Positions 1-11,797 of a DNA stretch of 64,000 bases are shown here, in pieces. Origin of the DNA: an uncultured Gammaproteobacteria bacterium (GTDB lineage Bacteria; Pseudomonadota; Gammaproteobacteria; UBA9214). Numbering within the stretch: the first letter of the stretch is position 1; every line of letters starts with the position of its first letter. Under the pieces are notes generated by a model that was given only the letters and a program-made list of their open reading frames with translations, made no database searches and had not been told where the DNA came from. The position numbers and the translations under genes are program-made. The stretch is taken from NCBI GenBank assembly GCA_963773065.1, contig CAVYZN010000026.1, positions 1-64,000 of the forward strand, written 5' to 3'.

Positions 1-206
1 ATCACCTCCCTTGATCCTTCGTCAGTCGCGTCGGCCGTCTGCATCAGGCGCTGTTCGTCTTGCGGCGTCAGCGTAGGCCGACCGAGCGCCACCGTCAACT
101 TCGCGAGCCTACCGTTGAACCTGAACGGAACCCGGTAGTCGCGGTCATCCACCGGCGTGCCGGAGTCGGCGCCGACGCCTAAGGTCTCATCCCATTGGAG
201 CGTGGG
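1..206 (-). pseudogene. Orphan C-terminal fragment of a second arylsulfatase
   Basis: Manual translation PTLQWDETLGVGADSGTPVDDRDYRVPFRFNGRLAKLTVALGRPTLTPQDEQRL parallels the C-terminus of the 512-3057 sulfatase (LQWDESFDIGSDTLTGVNDADYQPPFPLTAKLNKLTIKVDRPKLT); no catalytic domain upstream. Confidence 0.7.
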
Positions 207-267
207 ATGTCGAGTACCAAGGTGCGCCCGGTGTAATATTTTATCTTGCGATACGTGGCGAGTATAG

Positions 268-307
268 GCCGAATAAATGCTCTTTTCGCCGAATAAACGC
301 TCTTTTC
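268..307. repeat. 20-bp tandem duplication
   Basis: GCCGAATAAATGCTCTTTTC followed directly by GCCGAATAAACGCTCTTTTC. Confidence 0.85.
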
Positions 308-511
308 AACACTTGAACGGATCGTCCAAGGGTAAGGCGCTCGCGGCCAAGGCGGCGGTGGTAAACATGTGAAACAGTATTTTTCTCATGGCACGTTTCC
401 CGGGTTCTTCAAGGTCGCTTCGAAGGTGAATTTATTGGTGAACAGGCGGGCCGCGTCCAGAAGCGGAGGCGGCCCGCGTGGTTCATGAATGAAACAACGT
501 TACGGTGCGGG

Positions 512-3057
512 CTACTGCGGCCCGCTCTGCATGTGATGAATCGGCTTGCCGTCCACCGCGATGGCTTCCGTATTCTCGAGCTTCTTGATGTCCTCCTCGG
601 TAAGCTTCGGCCGGTCCACTTTGATCGTCAGCTTGTTGAGCTTGGCGGTCAGGGGGAACGGCGGCTGGTAGTCCGCGTCGTTCACGCCGGTGAGCGTGTC
701 GGAGCCGATGTCGAAGCTCTCGTCCCACTGCAGGATCATCGGCAGCGTGTGCGGCATGGTGATGGTCTGGACATCCTTGCCGTCCACCTTGAGCGTGCCG
801 GTGCCGGGTCGGCCGAGACCGCTCATGTTGTTGAAGGCGAGCGTGCCGAGGCCGAGGCCGTCATATTTGAAGTCGAACTCCAGCGTATGCTGTGCCGGGC
901 GTGAGCGCCTCCGGGCCTTCCCACTTGACGCGCTTGAGGTCAATGAGGTTCCAGAGGAACACCGGCTTGCCCTTGAGCAGGTAGAAGCCGTAGCCGGCGA
1001 ACCGTCCGCCCGAGGTGAGGATCATGCCCTCCGCACCGCCTTCAGGCACTGTGATGTCGGCGGTGATGGTGTAGGAGCTGTCGAGCAGGAACGGCGAATC
1101 GCCCTGCGGGAGGCCGACCATCGGCTGCGTGTAGACGAACTCCGTGCGGCCGGCGGTGATGTTCGGACGCGGGGCGACGATGCGCGCTGCCACCGAGGCA
1201 TCCATCGGGAAGACCTGATACTTCTTCGCCTCCGCGATGAACAGCTCCTTCATCTCCTTCACCTTGTCCGGATGCTGGTCGGCGATGTTCTTGGACTGGC
1301 TGAAGTCGGTGTTCAGGTCGTAGAGCTCGAGCACCTGGTTGTTGAGCGGATCGGGATTGGCGGCGCCGAATGCCTCCCACGGCGCGCGGTTCACCTTGGT
1401 GCTCAGCAGCCAGCCTTCGTCATACAGCGCCCACTGGCCCATCATCTCGAAATACTGGATCTTGTGGTGCGAGGGCTCCTTGGCGTTTTCCTTGTCGAAC
1501 GTGTAGGCGAAGCTGGTGCCTTCGATCGGCGCCTGCTTGATGCCGTCCACCGTTTCAGGCGCGGGAATGCCGGTCACTTCGAGAAGGGTGGGCACCACGT
1601 CGATGACGTGCATGAACTGCTCGCGCAGGCCGCCCGTGTCCTTGATGCGCGCCGGCCACGAGATCGCCATGTTCTGCCGGATGCCGCCGAGCTTCGAGGC
1701 GTTCTGCTTGAACCAGGTAAAGGGCGTATCGAAGGCCCAGGACCAGCCCGCCGACATGTGGTTGTAGGTCTGCTCGGTGCCCCAGACGTCATACCACTTC
1801 ATCTGAACGTCGACGGGCACCGCGACGCCGTTGAAGAACGCAACCTCGTTGGGTGTGCCGAGCGGGCCGCCCTCGGCGCTGGTGCCGTTGTCGCCGTTGA
1901 TGTAGATGATGAGCGTGTTGTCGAGCTTGCCCATGTCCTCGATGGCCTGGATGACGCGCCCGATCTCGTGGTCGTTGTAGGCGGCATAGGCGGCGAAGAC
2001 TTCCACCTGTTTGATGTAGAGCTTCTTCTCCTCCGCTGTCAGATCATCCCAGTTCGGAAGGACATCCGTGGGCCAGGGCTCCAGATGGGTGTCCGGCGGG
2101 ATCACGCCGAGGCGCTTCTGGTTTTCGAAAATCTGCTCGCGGAGCTTGTTCCAGCCCTCATCGAAAAGGTGCATGGCGCTGATCTTCTCGACCCATTCCT
2201 TCGTCGGATGATGCGGCGCATGCGTGGCGCCGGGCGCGTATTTGATGAAGAACGGCTTGCTCGGCATCGTCTGATTGATGCGATTCAGGTAATCGATGGC
2301 GTCGTCGGCCATTCCGGTGACCAGGTTCCAACCCGGCTTGCCCTCGAAGGGATAGATCTGGGTGGTGTTGCGGAACAGGTTCGGCTGCCACTGGTTCGCA
2401 TCACCGCCCACGAAGCCGTAGAAATACTCGAAGCCCATCCCGGTCGGCCACTGGTCGAACGGCCCGACCTGGCTGGCGGCGAAGGCCGGCGTGTTGTGAT
2501 CCTTGCCGAACCAGGCGGTGGCATAGCCGTTATCGAGCAGGATCCGCCCGATGGTGGCCTTGTCCTTGGCGATGATGCTGTTGTAGCCGGGGAAACCGGT
2601 GGACTGCTCGGAGATCACGCCGAAACCGGCCGAGTGATGGTTCCGCCCGGTGATGAGCGCGGCCCGCGTCGGCGAACAGAGCGCGGTGGAGTGGATGTTG
2701 TTGTAGCGCAGACCGTTATTTGCGATGCGATCCATGCGTGGGTGTCGGGATGACGCCGCCGAAGGTGCTCGGCACGCCAAACCCGGCGTCATCGGTAATG
2801 ATGAGCAGCACGTTGGGCGCCTCCTTGGGCGGTACGATGCGCGGCGCCCACCAGGGTTTCGACTGGAGGGCATCGTCCTTGATCACCCCGCCGAATTTCG
2901 GATCGGGCGCGGGCAGTTGTTTGCCGCTGATGGTCGTCGTGGCGCTGGGAGAGCCCGGCGTGCCGGTGATCTCCTGGGCAAGCACGGTGGAGCCTGCCAA
3001 CAGGAACAGCATGGCGGCCGGCAGGGCCGCTCTGGTAAACCGTTTTGAACGTATCAT
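512..3057 (-). CDS. Arylsulfatase (Cys-type, formylglycine-dependent), exported; two frameshifts (~2737, ~890)
   Basis: Three overlapping ORFs (2716-3057, 861-2873, 512-943) join into one protein: signal peptide, PNVLLIITDDAG, CSPTR (CxPxR) motif, LITGR, GKDH, DNG. Confidence 0.9.
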
Positions 3058-3089
3058 GATCGAACCTCCCTAGAATTATTTCTGCTTGG

Positions 3090-3185
3090 TAATGTCAATG
3101 CATAAACAAATAAACTCACCGCAAAGGCGCCAAGAACGCAAAGCTGTTTAATTGTTTTTGTTAATAGCTTTTTTCTCGTACTTCG
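3090..3185. mobile_element. MITE family A, truncated copy
   Basis: ATAAACTCACCGCAAAGGCGCCAAGAACGCAAAG arm shared with the 5961, 8836 and 28223 copies; second arm missing. Confidence 0.7.
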
Positions 3186-3232
3186 TTAACCGTTGCACGT
3201 CAAAGTTGAATCCGCGAGATTTCATAATCGAT

Positions 3233-3360
3233 GTAGGGTGGGTTAGGCACGCCGTTGGTGCCGTAACCCACCAGTTGTGCCGGCAGGCACTCATTAAAAA
3301 AGGCGTTGTGTTGCTGCGCAACGCCTGGTGGGTTACGCAAAAAACGCTAACCCACCCTAC
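3233..3360. repeat. REPIN (inverted pair of GTAG-type REPs)
   Basis: GTAGGGTGGGTTAG...GTAACCCACC-spacer-GGTGGGTTAC...CTAACCCACCCTAC. Confidence 0.85.
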
Positions 3361-3376
3361 ATTTCTCTTATGACGG

Positions 3377-5919
3377 TTAATCGCCGACCGCCGCCTCCGC
3401 CGAACCGCGCCCGCCGAAGCCGCCTCCGCCGAAGCGGTCGCCGAAGCCACCACCGCCGAAACCGCCTCCCCCACCGCCACCAAAGCCACCGCCGCCACCA
3501 CCACCACCGAAGCCGCCACCACCACCGCCGAAGCCGCCACTACCACCACCGCCGATAGCTGCTGACGCGATCCTCGCCCTGGCTGCGGGCCTGCTGCTCG
3601 CTATCCGCCCACGAGGTATCCTCGCCCGCCGCGCTCTGCCAGCCGCTCGAGGTCTGCTTCTGCCAGCCGCTGCCGTCGTTGCGGTAGTTCTGGCCGTCGG
3701 CGCTCGCGTAGTGGTCGTCGCCATTATACCCGAGCTATAGGTGTTGGTCTGGCCGGTTTGCGCGTTGGTGACCGTGGTATCGTGCGACGCCGAGGTGCCC
3801 TGGGCGCCCCACTGGGCGCTCGTGTCGCGGCTGACCGTGCTGCCTCCCTGCGTGGTCGCCGACATATCGGAGCTGTATTTCGTCTCGCCGGTATTGGCGT
3901 TGTAGGTTTCGCCGCGGCTCACGTCGCCGGTGGCGCCGCCCGTGGTATCGAAGGAGCGTTGGTAACTGCGCCCCGCCGTCCCCTGGTAGGGATTGACATA
4001 GCGGTTGGCCGAATAGGTGCCGGTGGTGCCGGTGCGGTAGTTGGTGTAGCTGCCGCTCGACTTCTCCCCGACTTGTCCCGAGGACTTGCTGTACCAGGTG
4101 TCGGTTCCCGAGACGGCGGTGTCGCCCCAGTGGCTGTAGACATTGGCGCTGGTCGAACCGCAGCAGGGATAGCCGTGGTAGGACGAATCATAGTAATACG
4201 TGCTTCCCCCGCCCCAGGTGTCCACCATGGCCGCGGTGGTGAGCCCCAGGGCCATGCCGTAGGCCATGTCGGTCGCCGGGTTATAGACCGGCTGGGCCTG
4301 CACCCCGTAGGTGTCCGGCGCCGCGTAATAGACGGTGCCGACCCAGGGCGTGTAGTCATAGCCCGTGCCGTAGACGACGACGCCATCCGGCTCGACCACC
4401 GTGCCGAGGTAGCCGGGCGTATAGCCGACGTAGACCACCTCGGGCGTCGAACCGTACACACGCACGAAGGTCGTGTAATACAGCGACGAGCTGGGCGGGA
4501 TGGTGTAGATCACATCGGGCACCGCGGTGGCGACCGTCCACGGGCCGTCGAGCGAACCGGCCGTGAACCAGATCCCCGGCGCTCAGCGCATAGAGCTTGC
4601 CGTCGGGGACCTGGATGATCGGCGTTTCGGAATTGAACACATACTTAAGCGACGTGCCCGCGATGGCACGCCATTGCGGCTTGCCGTCGATCACGGGCGT
4701 GAAGCTGGGTCCGCCCACCCGCTTCACGGTCGCCGTCTGGGGAATGGTGTTGGCGATGAGCGCCTCCTTCGCCTGGGGCGTGCCGGCCACGGAGGCGAGC
4801 ACCACGGCGGCCTGGGAACCGGCCGGGATGCGTTTGAAATCGGACGGCAGGCCGTTGCTCGCCACGTATTGCCACGGGCCGTTGTTCAGATCAGGCGTAC
4901 TGAACCAGCGCCCCGAGATGAGCGCGTAAAAGAGATTGTTCGACGTGTCGACGAACACGTCCGCGGTGGTGTTCGTCGCCCAGAGCAGTTCGGTGTTGCT
5001 GATCGGCTGGAAGTTGGGCTGTCCCTTGAAGACGATGAGTTCGGCGGATATCTCGCTCACGTAGATCGCGGGCACGCCGTTGGCGAGCGAGGGCTTCGGC
5101 TGGGCACTGCCGCCATCGAGCAGATCGGCTTCGCCGCGCTTGGCGAGCTTCTTGGCGACATCGTCGATGCCGAGCGGGGTGTCCGCGGCGAGACTCCACG
5201 GCCCCATGATCGCGGGAGCGGACAGCCAGCCGTCATAGACATGCAGATACCAGGTGCTGTCCCCGCGCGTGCGCAGGATCAGCGCCCGCGTGTTGATGAC
5301 CCGCTCGAAGCGGCTGTCGGGCACGTCCTTGATCACGGGTTGGCCGCTGATGGGGATGAGTATCGCCGGGGAATTGCTGACGATGATGCGCGGCGGGTCG
5401 TTTTGCACCGGGACGCCCGCCGACTGCACGGTGCCGGAGGCGGCGAGCGAGGCCTGCAGGCGGTCGAGCGCGATGGTGCGCGTGGTGCCGCTGAATTGCT
5501 GCGCCAGCGCGTTGCGATAGGCGGCGCCGTTGTCGGCGAGCGTGGGGAAGTTGCTGCGCGTCAGTCGCAGGTCCTCGAGCGTCACGAGGCGGGCGGCGCG
5601 GTTCACCTCGGTGCGCGCCGTGCCCCAGATGACGCCGAAGGTCCCGGTGGCGGCGCCGCTCGCCGTGGCCTCCACGGCGGCGCGAAAGTCGAGTCGTGTT
5701 GCCCTCCCACTTCTCGACCTGGGGCTGATACACGCGCAGGGTGCCGGTGGCGAGCGTGAAGGTGCGCGGCCAGGGATCGAGATTCGCCGGCGCGGGCGCG
5801 GCCGACGCATCCGGCGGCGGAGCCGACAAGGCGTTCGAGGTCTGCGCCTGCGAGGCGCAGCCGATGAGGGCGACGGCGATGCTGAACAGGCCGGACGCCA
5901 GCAGGTTGCGTATGTTCAT
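3377..5919 (-). CDS. Large exported protein with Gly-rich tail (carbohydrate-binding V/XII-like annotation family); several frameshifts
   Basis: ORFs 5233-5919, 4356-5810 and 3377-4522 are contiguous in coding style; N-terminal signal, WPR...VYQPQVEKW motif, GPW repeats, YTPGYLG, poly-GGGF C-terminus. Confidence 0.7.
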
Positions 5920-5959
5920 GGGTTACTCCTGTCTACTGTAAAAGAAACGATCTAATTAA

Positions 5960-6087
5960 TGTTCATCCGTAAACAGCGTTTTCACCGCAAAGACGCAAAG
6001 TTCGCGAAGAAACTAATTAACAAAAACAATTAAATGGCTTTGCGTTCTTTGCGTCTTTGCGGTGAGTTTATTTCTTTATGAACGGAA
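5960..6087. mobile_element. MITE family A copy
   Basis: Palindromic core CACCGCAAAGACGCAAAG...CTTTGCGTCTTTGCGGTG; flanked by CTAATTAA / CTACTTAA. Confidence 0.85.
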
Positions 6088-6099
6088 CTACTTAACTTG

Positions 6100-6921
6100 T
6101 CATTTCGGGAACATCAATTGCGCCTGCAGGCGCCAGGTCCAGTCCGCGCCGAACTCCGGCTTCTCGACGTTGTAGAAGGCCTGGGTCTGGAAGTTCACCG
6201 GCAATCTTCCGAAGCGCACGATCTTGCCCACGCCGCCGCCCAGCGGCACGGTCCAGGTGTCGCCGCTGTCCGCCTTCCAGTCGGCGGTAATGATCGGCGA
6301 CGCGGTCAGATACAGCCCGTCGTGAAAATTGTAGTTGATGAAGGGCTGGAGCAGGAAGTTGTTGTAGCTCGGATCGCTGTTCGAGTTACTGACCGACCAG
6401 ACGTTGTTGGCGAGCGCGCCGTACACCCAGTGACCCTCGATGCGCAGCACCACGACGGAGGGGCCGAGGCCCCAGCGGTCGTTGCCCAGGACCTTATCGG
6501 TGTTGGTCGGCAACTGCGCGATCGGACCCACGCCCCAGATCAGGCCTTTGGACCTGTTGGGCGACAGGAAGGCGGTGAACTGGGTATCGCCGAGGCCGTT
6601 GGTGCGGCCCTCGCCGGGGAAGAACTCGGGCTGGGAAATGACCGGCAGGATCGTGCGGGTGATCAGGTTCCAGTCGGGACCCAGGCTGACCGGGATGACG
6701 GGCTGGATGTTCAGCACGTTCTGGGTCTTCTCCTCCGGCCCGTAGTTGAAGTTGATGTTGTCCTGAAAGGGCACGCTGATGAGGTTGGCGACGGGGTTCT
6801 GGGCCGCCTTGGCCAGTTCCTCGTTGCTCACTTCCGCCCGGGCGGGCGAGCCCAGGGCGAGCGCCAGGGCGAAGCAGCGCGATCAGGCCGGCTGCTTTCC
6901 GGGTATGCCGCTGTGTTCATA
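6100..6921 (-). CDS. Putative outer-membrane beta-barrel protein (family often annotated 'neuromedin U'); signal-peptide region frameshifted
   Basis: ELAKAAQNPVANLISVPFQ, NIQPVIP, WNLITRTILP, C-terminal QLMFPK; intact ORF 6100-6831. Confidence 0.75.
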
Positions 6922-6935
6922 CCAAGACTCCTTAG

Positions 6936-7078
6936 GTAACGTCCATAAACACGTTTTTTCACCGCAGAGACGCAAAGAACGCAAAGCTGTCGTAAATTAG
7001 CGTTTTTTGCGAACAAAGCAATTCCTGTTGCGATTCTCTTGCGTCTCTGCGGTGAATTTAGTTTTTGTTATATGAACG
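6936..7078. mobile_element. MITE family A, diverged copy
   Basis: TTCACCGCAGAGACGCAAAG...CTTGCGTCTCTGCGGTGAA palindrome; flanks CTCCTTAG / CTATTTAG. Confidence 0.8.
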
Positions 7079-7116
7079 CTATTTAGCCTGCATTCCGGCG
7101 ACCCGGACCGCCAGCC

Positions 7117-7396
7117 CTAATCCTCGTTCATTTGCTGTTCGATGGAATCCAGTTGGCCCGAATCGTCGAAGTGCAGGACGTAGATCCCCTGCCCCACATC
7201 CGAACGGTCATAGATCCAGTCGTCGCCGTCCTTCGACGTCGGCGGCCCGCATTGATCGAGGATCTGTTGCCGTGAACTGCCCGTCCGGCTGGTCGTCGGT
7301 GATCATCGCATCGCCACAGGTGATGGACCCGGCCTGAACCGTTCCAGTCAGCAGCAGTGCCGCGCAGGCGATGACAGAAATGTTAGGGTTTTTCAT
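7117..7396 (-). CDS. Small exported protein, DUF2845-like; frameshift ~7260
   Basis: Signal peptide, SITCG, then in another frame CGPPTSKDGDDWIYDRSDVGQGIYVLHFDDSGQLDSIEQQMNED*. Confidence 0.55.
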
Positions 7397-7541
7397 GGTG
7401 ATTTCTCCTGTTGTTGTTGTCAACTGACAGGCATCCGGGTCTGCGGATGCCATTGATGTAGCGTGAATGTGCCCCGTCGTTTTGTACAAGTGTAGCCTGA
7501 GATTATGACGATGTTACTGTCGGCATCCCCTGTCGAGCGTT

Positions 7542-8822
7542 CTAGAACTTCCAGTTCACGCTGAGCGCCAGGATGTTAAAGACATCGTCTTTGAACCGGC
7601 CCTTGAGATCGCCCTTCAACGGTCCCGCGGTCTGGTTGACCGGCGCGCTGCCGGCATCCATGTACTCGTAGGCGGCGCCGAACGTGATGTTCTTGCGCCA
7701 GTCATACTGCAGGCCCAGGGCATAGCGGTACTGGCGGTCGAGCGGCAGGACGATGGAGCGGTTGGAATTCTTTACCGGCGAGCTGTCGTAGGCGAACCCC
7801 GCGGACACCGACCACAGCGGGTTGAGCCGGTAGCGCGCCCCCAGGGCGGTGTGCCAGGTGTCCTGGAAATGGGCGTCCACCGTCGTGCTGGTCGAGGTCG
7901 CGGAGTCGATCGACAACCCGATCTGGCCGAATTGCGACCAGTTCTGCCAGCCGAGATCCGCCATGAGCGCGAGATTGTCGCTCAGTTCATGGTAGCCGCT
8001 CAGCATCACCTGGTTCGGGAGCGTGAAGTCGAAGGTGGTGTCGGCGCCCTTGAGCCCCGACAGGGTCAGGGCGGCATCCAGCAGGGGACCGGGGCCATGG
8101 ATCGAGGGCTGATCCTTGAATTTGAGATCGACCTTCGAGGTGTAGGTGAGACCCACGCGCGTGCCGGCCCGGGGTTCGATCAGCAGCCCGGCGTTCCAGC
8201 CGATGTCCGTGTCGGTGTCCTTGAGTTTCATGCGGCCATCCGGTTGCCCGTCAAGCAGGTTGTTGATGTTCGTCTGGGCGCCGAGTTCCCCATAGACCAG
8301 CGACAGGCCGCCGCCGACCGACAGCCAGTCGTTCACCCGGTAGCCGAGCGCGCCATTGACGAGGCTGGTGAGAAAATCCTCCTGCTGGATATAGTAGCGC
8401 CCGGCCCAGGTATCATCGAACTTGACCCCCAGGCCCAGGTAGGAACCGGCCGTGAAGCCGAGCTTGAGATCGTTCGACACGCTATGCACATAGGACAGGC
8501 TGCCCGTGGGGACGATACCGCCCGCATTGCCGCCGTCCCCGCCGCCGAAGGTGGAACTCTGGGTATCGAATTTGACATCGGCGTAGATCGGCTGCACCCC
8601 CACCATGAGCTGCGACTCCGTGAGCCGGGTCATGCCCGCGGGGTTGGCGAAGGCCGTGGCGGCATCGGCGGCGCGCGAGGCCATGCCCGCGCTGGCCGTG
8701 CCCACATCGGGCGTGCCCATTTCGTAGAGCCACAGGCCCGCGCCATACGCCGACGGATTGCACACGGTCAGCGCCAGTGTCACCAATCCGATCAGGCGCC
8801 TCTTGTTGAATCTCTTAGTCAT
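7542..8822 (-). CDS. OmpP1/FadL-family outer-membrane transporter
   Basis: GLWLYE...GTASAG, NPAGMT motif, C-terminal WKF; start placed at 8822 behind a GAGGA RBS. Confidence 0.9.
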   Translation of the reverse strand: MTKRFNKRRLIGLVTLALTVCNPSAYGAGLWLYEMGTPDVGTASAGMASRAADAATAFANPAGMTRLTESQLMVGVQPIYADVKFDTQSSTFGGGDGGNAGGIVPTGSLSYVHSVSNDLKLGFTAGSYLGLGVKFDDTWAGRYYIQQEDFLTSLVNGALGYRVNDWLSVGGGLSLVYGELGAQTNINNLLDGQPDGRMKLKDTDTDIGWNAGLLIEPRAGTRVGLTYTSKVDLKFKDQPSIHGPGPLLDAALTLSGLKGADTTFDFTLPNQVMLSGYHELSDNLALMADLGWQNWSQFGQIGLSIDSATSTSTTVDAHFQDTWHTALGARYRLNPLWSVSAGFAYDSSPVKNSNRSIVLPLDRQYRYALGLQYDWRKNITFGAAYEYMDAGSAPVNQTAGPLKGDLKGRFKDDVFNILALSVNWKF

Positions 8823-8835
8823 CGATGATTTCCTC

Positions 8836-8957
8836 GTGTTCATCCATAAACATCGTTTTCACCGCAAAGACGCAAAGTTCGCGAAGAAACTTATTATTAA
8901 AAACAATTAAACAACTTTGCGTTCTTTGCGCCTTTGCGGTGAGTTTATTTCTTTATG
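8836..8957. mobile_element. MITE family A copy
   Basis: Near-identical to the 5960 and 28223 copies; right terminus clipped. Confidence 0.85.
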
Positions 8958-8971
8958 ACCGGCGCGGCTGG

Positions 8972-9318
8972 CTATTCAACGATGCTGTTCAATATCGCCT
9001 GCTTCTCGGTCTTGTACTCCTGCGGCGTGATATACCCGCCGGCCGCCAGCGCATTCAATTGCTGGATCTTCTGCTCCGGCGTCATCGCCGCCGGTGTGCC
9101 GCGGGTGGAGCCTTGTAATAGGTCTGCTGACTTTCCTGCTTATGAGACATGTATGCCCTGGTGAACATGGAGCCGGCCAGGAGACCGCCGATCCCCCACG
9201 CGGCGCCATGGCCGTGCGCGGCCACCGTGGGTGCATAGCCGGTCAGGGCAGTGGCGATGGCAAGCCCGGCGGCCGACAGTGTTTTCAATCCAAATACACG
9301 AGGTTGCGTTGTCTTCAT
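8972..9318 (-). CDS. Small exported SHOCT-domain protein; frameshift ~9095
   Basis: N-part in ORF 9082-9360; C-terminus in another frame MTPEQKIQQLNALAAGGYITPQEYKTEKQAILNSIVE*. Confidence 0.65.
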
Positions 9319-9350
9319 GTTCGTTGTCTCCCGCTGAGTGAGATAGGTGA

Positions 9351-9773
9351 TCACCGGCACCGCTGCAAGGTGAGCTTGCTCATCTGATCGTCATTTGGCG
9401 ACCGCACTGAACTGGTCCTGCTGCATGTCGAGCGGCATAATCTGCATGGAATAAATGCGTGCGGGTGTAATGCCTTCAACTCACTGGCGATATCCTGGAA
9501 AAAAGCCGGTGAGGTCAGCATATCGAACACCACCATGTCATCTTCGATGCGCCAGAACCCGACCGCTTCGACCTTGCCACGGCGGCCATATTCGAAGGTG
9601 GCATTGTCGTGCACTATCAGCTTCTCGGCATCTTCTTTGCCGCACGCGCCGTCGGAATTGATCTCCCACTTTCCCGTCAGATAGGCCGCATCAAGCGTAT
9701 CGCCATACGCACTCGTCAGAAACCCTGTCAGGGCGAGTAGCGACATCAACATCAACACGTTTTTTCGAAACAT
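9351..9773 (-). CDS. Exported hypothetical protein (lipocalin-like strand pattern); probable compensating frameshifts
   Basis: Signal peptide, YLTGKW, GGAGG RBS. Confidence 0.6.
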   Translation of the reverse strand: MFRKNVLMLMSLLALTGFLTSAYGDTLDAAYLTGKWEINSDGACGKEDAEKLIVHDNATFEYGRRGKVEAVGFWRIEDDMVVFDMLTSPAFFQDIASELKALHPHAFIPCRLCRSTCSRTSSVRSPNDDQMSKLTLQRCR

Positions 9774-9864
9774 CGTTATTTCCTCCGGTATGACGATTCA
9801 TTTTGTTACGGATTCCCGGGCACGGACATTCCGTGTCCGGGAATCCGGTCAGCAGAACCCGCCG

Positions 9865-10314
9865 TTATTGCACCATCCTGACCTTCATACCCTCCACCCC
9901 AAGGTCCAGCGCGATGCCCTGCGCGGCGGACTTCAGGTGCATGGTCACGCCCTTGTCGTTCTTCATCACGAAATCGCCCTTGCTCGCATTGCCCAGGGTG
10001 GCGCCCGCCTCGGCTACGCCATAGACTCCCGCGAAATCCGCGATATTTTTCAGATCATAGACGTCGCCGGTCAGCTTGACCTTGTTGACGCCGAAACCGC
10101 CGAGCTTGAGGCCATCGGTCTTGAATTTGTAGGACTTGCCCTGGAACTGCAGGGTGCCGCCGCCGATATCGCCGCCCACGATCCACATGATCTGGGTTTC
10201 GTCGATGACGATGGTGCCGGAGGGTGTCTTCTTCTCTTCGGACATGACGAGGCTGGCCGACAGCAGCATAGGAACAACCAACAACCAAACAACACGTTTT
10301 AACAGTCTGTTCAT
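9865..10314 (-). CDS. Exported EipA/DUF1134-like protein
   Basis: Signal peptide; GGGTLQFQG, GDVYDLKNIADFAGVY, MKNDKGV. Confidence 0.7.
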   Translation of the reverse strand: MNRLLKRVVWLLVVPMLLSASLVMSEEKKTPSGTIVIDETQIMWIVGGDIGGGTLQFQGKSYKFKTDGLKLGGFGVNKVKLTGDVYDLKNIADFAGVYGVAEAGATLGNASKGDFVMKNDKGVTMHLKSAAQGIALDLGVEGMKVRMVQ

Positions 10315-10515
10315 CTGATTTCTCCTTGTGGTTTTACCGATCAACGGGGTTGGAAATGGGTGCCTTGGAAGATCGACACTGCAATCGCTTTGTTTCGAAT
10401 TTTTCTAGGTGACCTGAGGTAGACGTCCCGCGCCTGATTATACGCTTGACCTGTTAAACTCGCATGAAAATTTTGTTACACCCGCAACCGAATGGCACTT
10501 AACATAAGCTGAAAT

Positions 10516-10638
10516 GTGGGTTAGCGCTTGTTGCGTAACCCACGAGGCGTGGCGTAGCAATACAACGCATTTGTCAGTGAGTGCCTGACGGCACAGCGGG
10601 TGGGTTACGGCACACACGGCGTGGCTAACCCACCCTGC
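10516..10638. repeat. REPIN, inverted homolog of 3233-3360
   Basis: GTGGGTTAGCG...GTAACCCAC...GGGTGGGTTAC...CTAACCCACCCTGC; spacer and flanks (AATCGAT, CTTATG) also shared. Confidence 0.8.
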
Positions 10639-10733
10639 ATCGATTGTGGAACCGCCAAGTGCAAATGTCATTCCACCCGGAACCTCACAACCCATCGCCG
10701 AATTAGTCAGAAGCCTGATTAAAAGGAAAATCC

Positions 10734-11395
10734 ATGACCCCGTCTGTCACCTTGTTCATCAGCATGTTCACCACATTGCTAGCGATCATCAATCCACTCG
10801 AAGCGATTCCGGTATTCCTCGGCCTGATGCAAGACAAGGACGACGCCGAGCACCGCCTGATGGCGCGCAAGGCGTGCTTGTATGCCTTGCTGCTGATGTT
10901 CTTCTTTCTGGTGTTTGGCAATCTCTTGTTGCGCCTGTTTGATGTGCCCTTGAGCATGGTGCGCGTGGTGGGCGGCGTGATCCTTATGCGCATAGGCTTC
11001 GAATTATTCGCCCCATCAGCCAATAGCAAGTTGATTCCAGTACCGGTGCTGCCGGTCAGGATATTTCCTTTATTCCGATGGCCATGCCGATCATGTTTGG
11101 CCCTGGAGCGATTGCCACCGTGATCGGCCTGACCTCGACCATCAAGGAATCCGAGCACATCCTTTTGTCGTTTTGTTGGGTATCCCTGGCCATTACCGCC
11201 ACCATGCTCGTCACCTACCTGTCGCTGGCCTACGCAAAAAACATCCTGAAGAAAATCGGCCCGCAAGGTATTGATGCAGCGACCCGGATTGTTGGCTTCT
11301 TTGTTTCGGCCATGGGGGTTGGGTTGATTTTCCATGGCATGGTGGAGTTCTTGCAGTCGTATGGTGTCTTGCTCGGTGGTATAGCCGGACACTAA
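10734..11395 (+). CDS. marC: MarC-family membrane protein; frameshifted ~11030-11080
   Basis: LLAIINPL, MPIMFGPGAIATVI, TRIVGFFVSAMGV across ORFs 10734-11123 and 11078-11395. Confidence 0.85.
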
Positions 11396-11398
11396 TCA

Positions 11399-11797
11399 TC
11401 ATCCTAATAGATCAAAACCCGGCAGGCTTGCCGCTTTCTTATCGAAGGTAACAGTGTGCTCACAGCCACTGTGAATATTTGCCTGACCGATTAAAGCATC
11501 ACAGAATTCGGCATTGTTCGCATCAAAGGCACGCAACGATCTCCAGGCGACCTCAACGTTTTCTACGATAAACTGTTTAGTCGTGAGCAACCCCTCGATA
11601 ATCTCTCGTACCTGCTGCTTTTTAACGCCATAGCAACGCTGAAGCACCCATACGATCTCGCACAAGGTGATATGGTTGATATAACCGGGAGAGTCCGTGG
11701 TTAGCGATTTCTCGATAAAGCGAGTCGCGGCAGCGGATTGCTTTTTATCATCCTGAACCAGGTAACGGATCACGACGTTGGTATCGAGCCCAATCAA
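11399..11797 (-). CDS. vapC: VapC/PIN-domain toxin
   Basis: IGLDTNVVIRYLV, CE, DALI, TFDKKA PIN motifs. Confidence 0.9.
   Translation of the reverse strand: MIGLDTNVVIRYLVQDDKKQSAAATRFIEKSLTTDSPGYINHITLCEIVWVLQRCYGVKKQQVREIIEGLLTTKQFIVENVEVAWRSLRAFDANNAEFCDALIGQANIHSGCEHTVTFDKKAASLPGFDLLG

Noticed and set aside
690-2753. Long plus-strand ORF (687 aa), and similar antisense ORFs over deaD, cstA, the permease and sulP
   Set aside because: Shadow ORFs expected from GC-rich codon bias; the opposite strand holds the recognisable proteins
3377-3560. GCC/ACC-rich tandem repeat
   Set aside because: It encodes the Gly-rich tail of the 3377-5919 protein
8823-8843. FadL start at 8843 as given by the ORF track
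   Set aside because: That ATG lies in the MITE terminus; 8822 has a proper RBS
3090-8957. Recurrent repeats as a CRISPR array
   Set aside because: The copies are ~130-bp palindromes separated by whole genes, with no regular spacers and no cas genes
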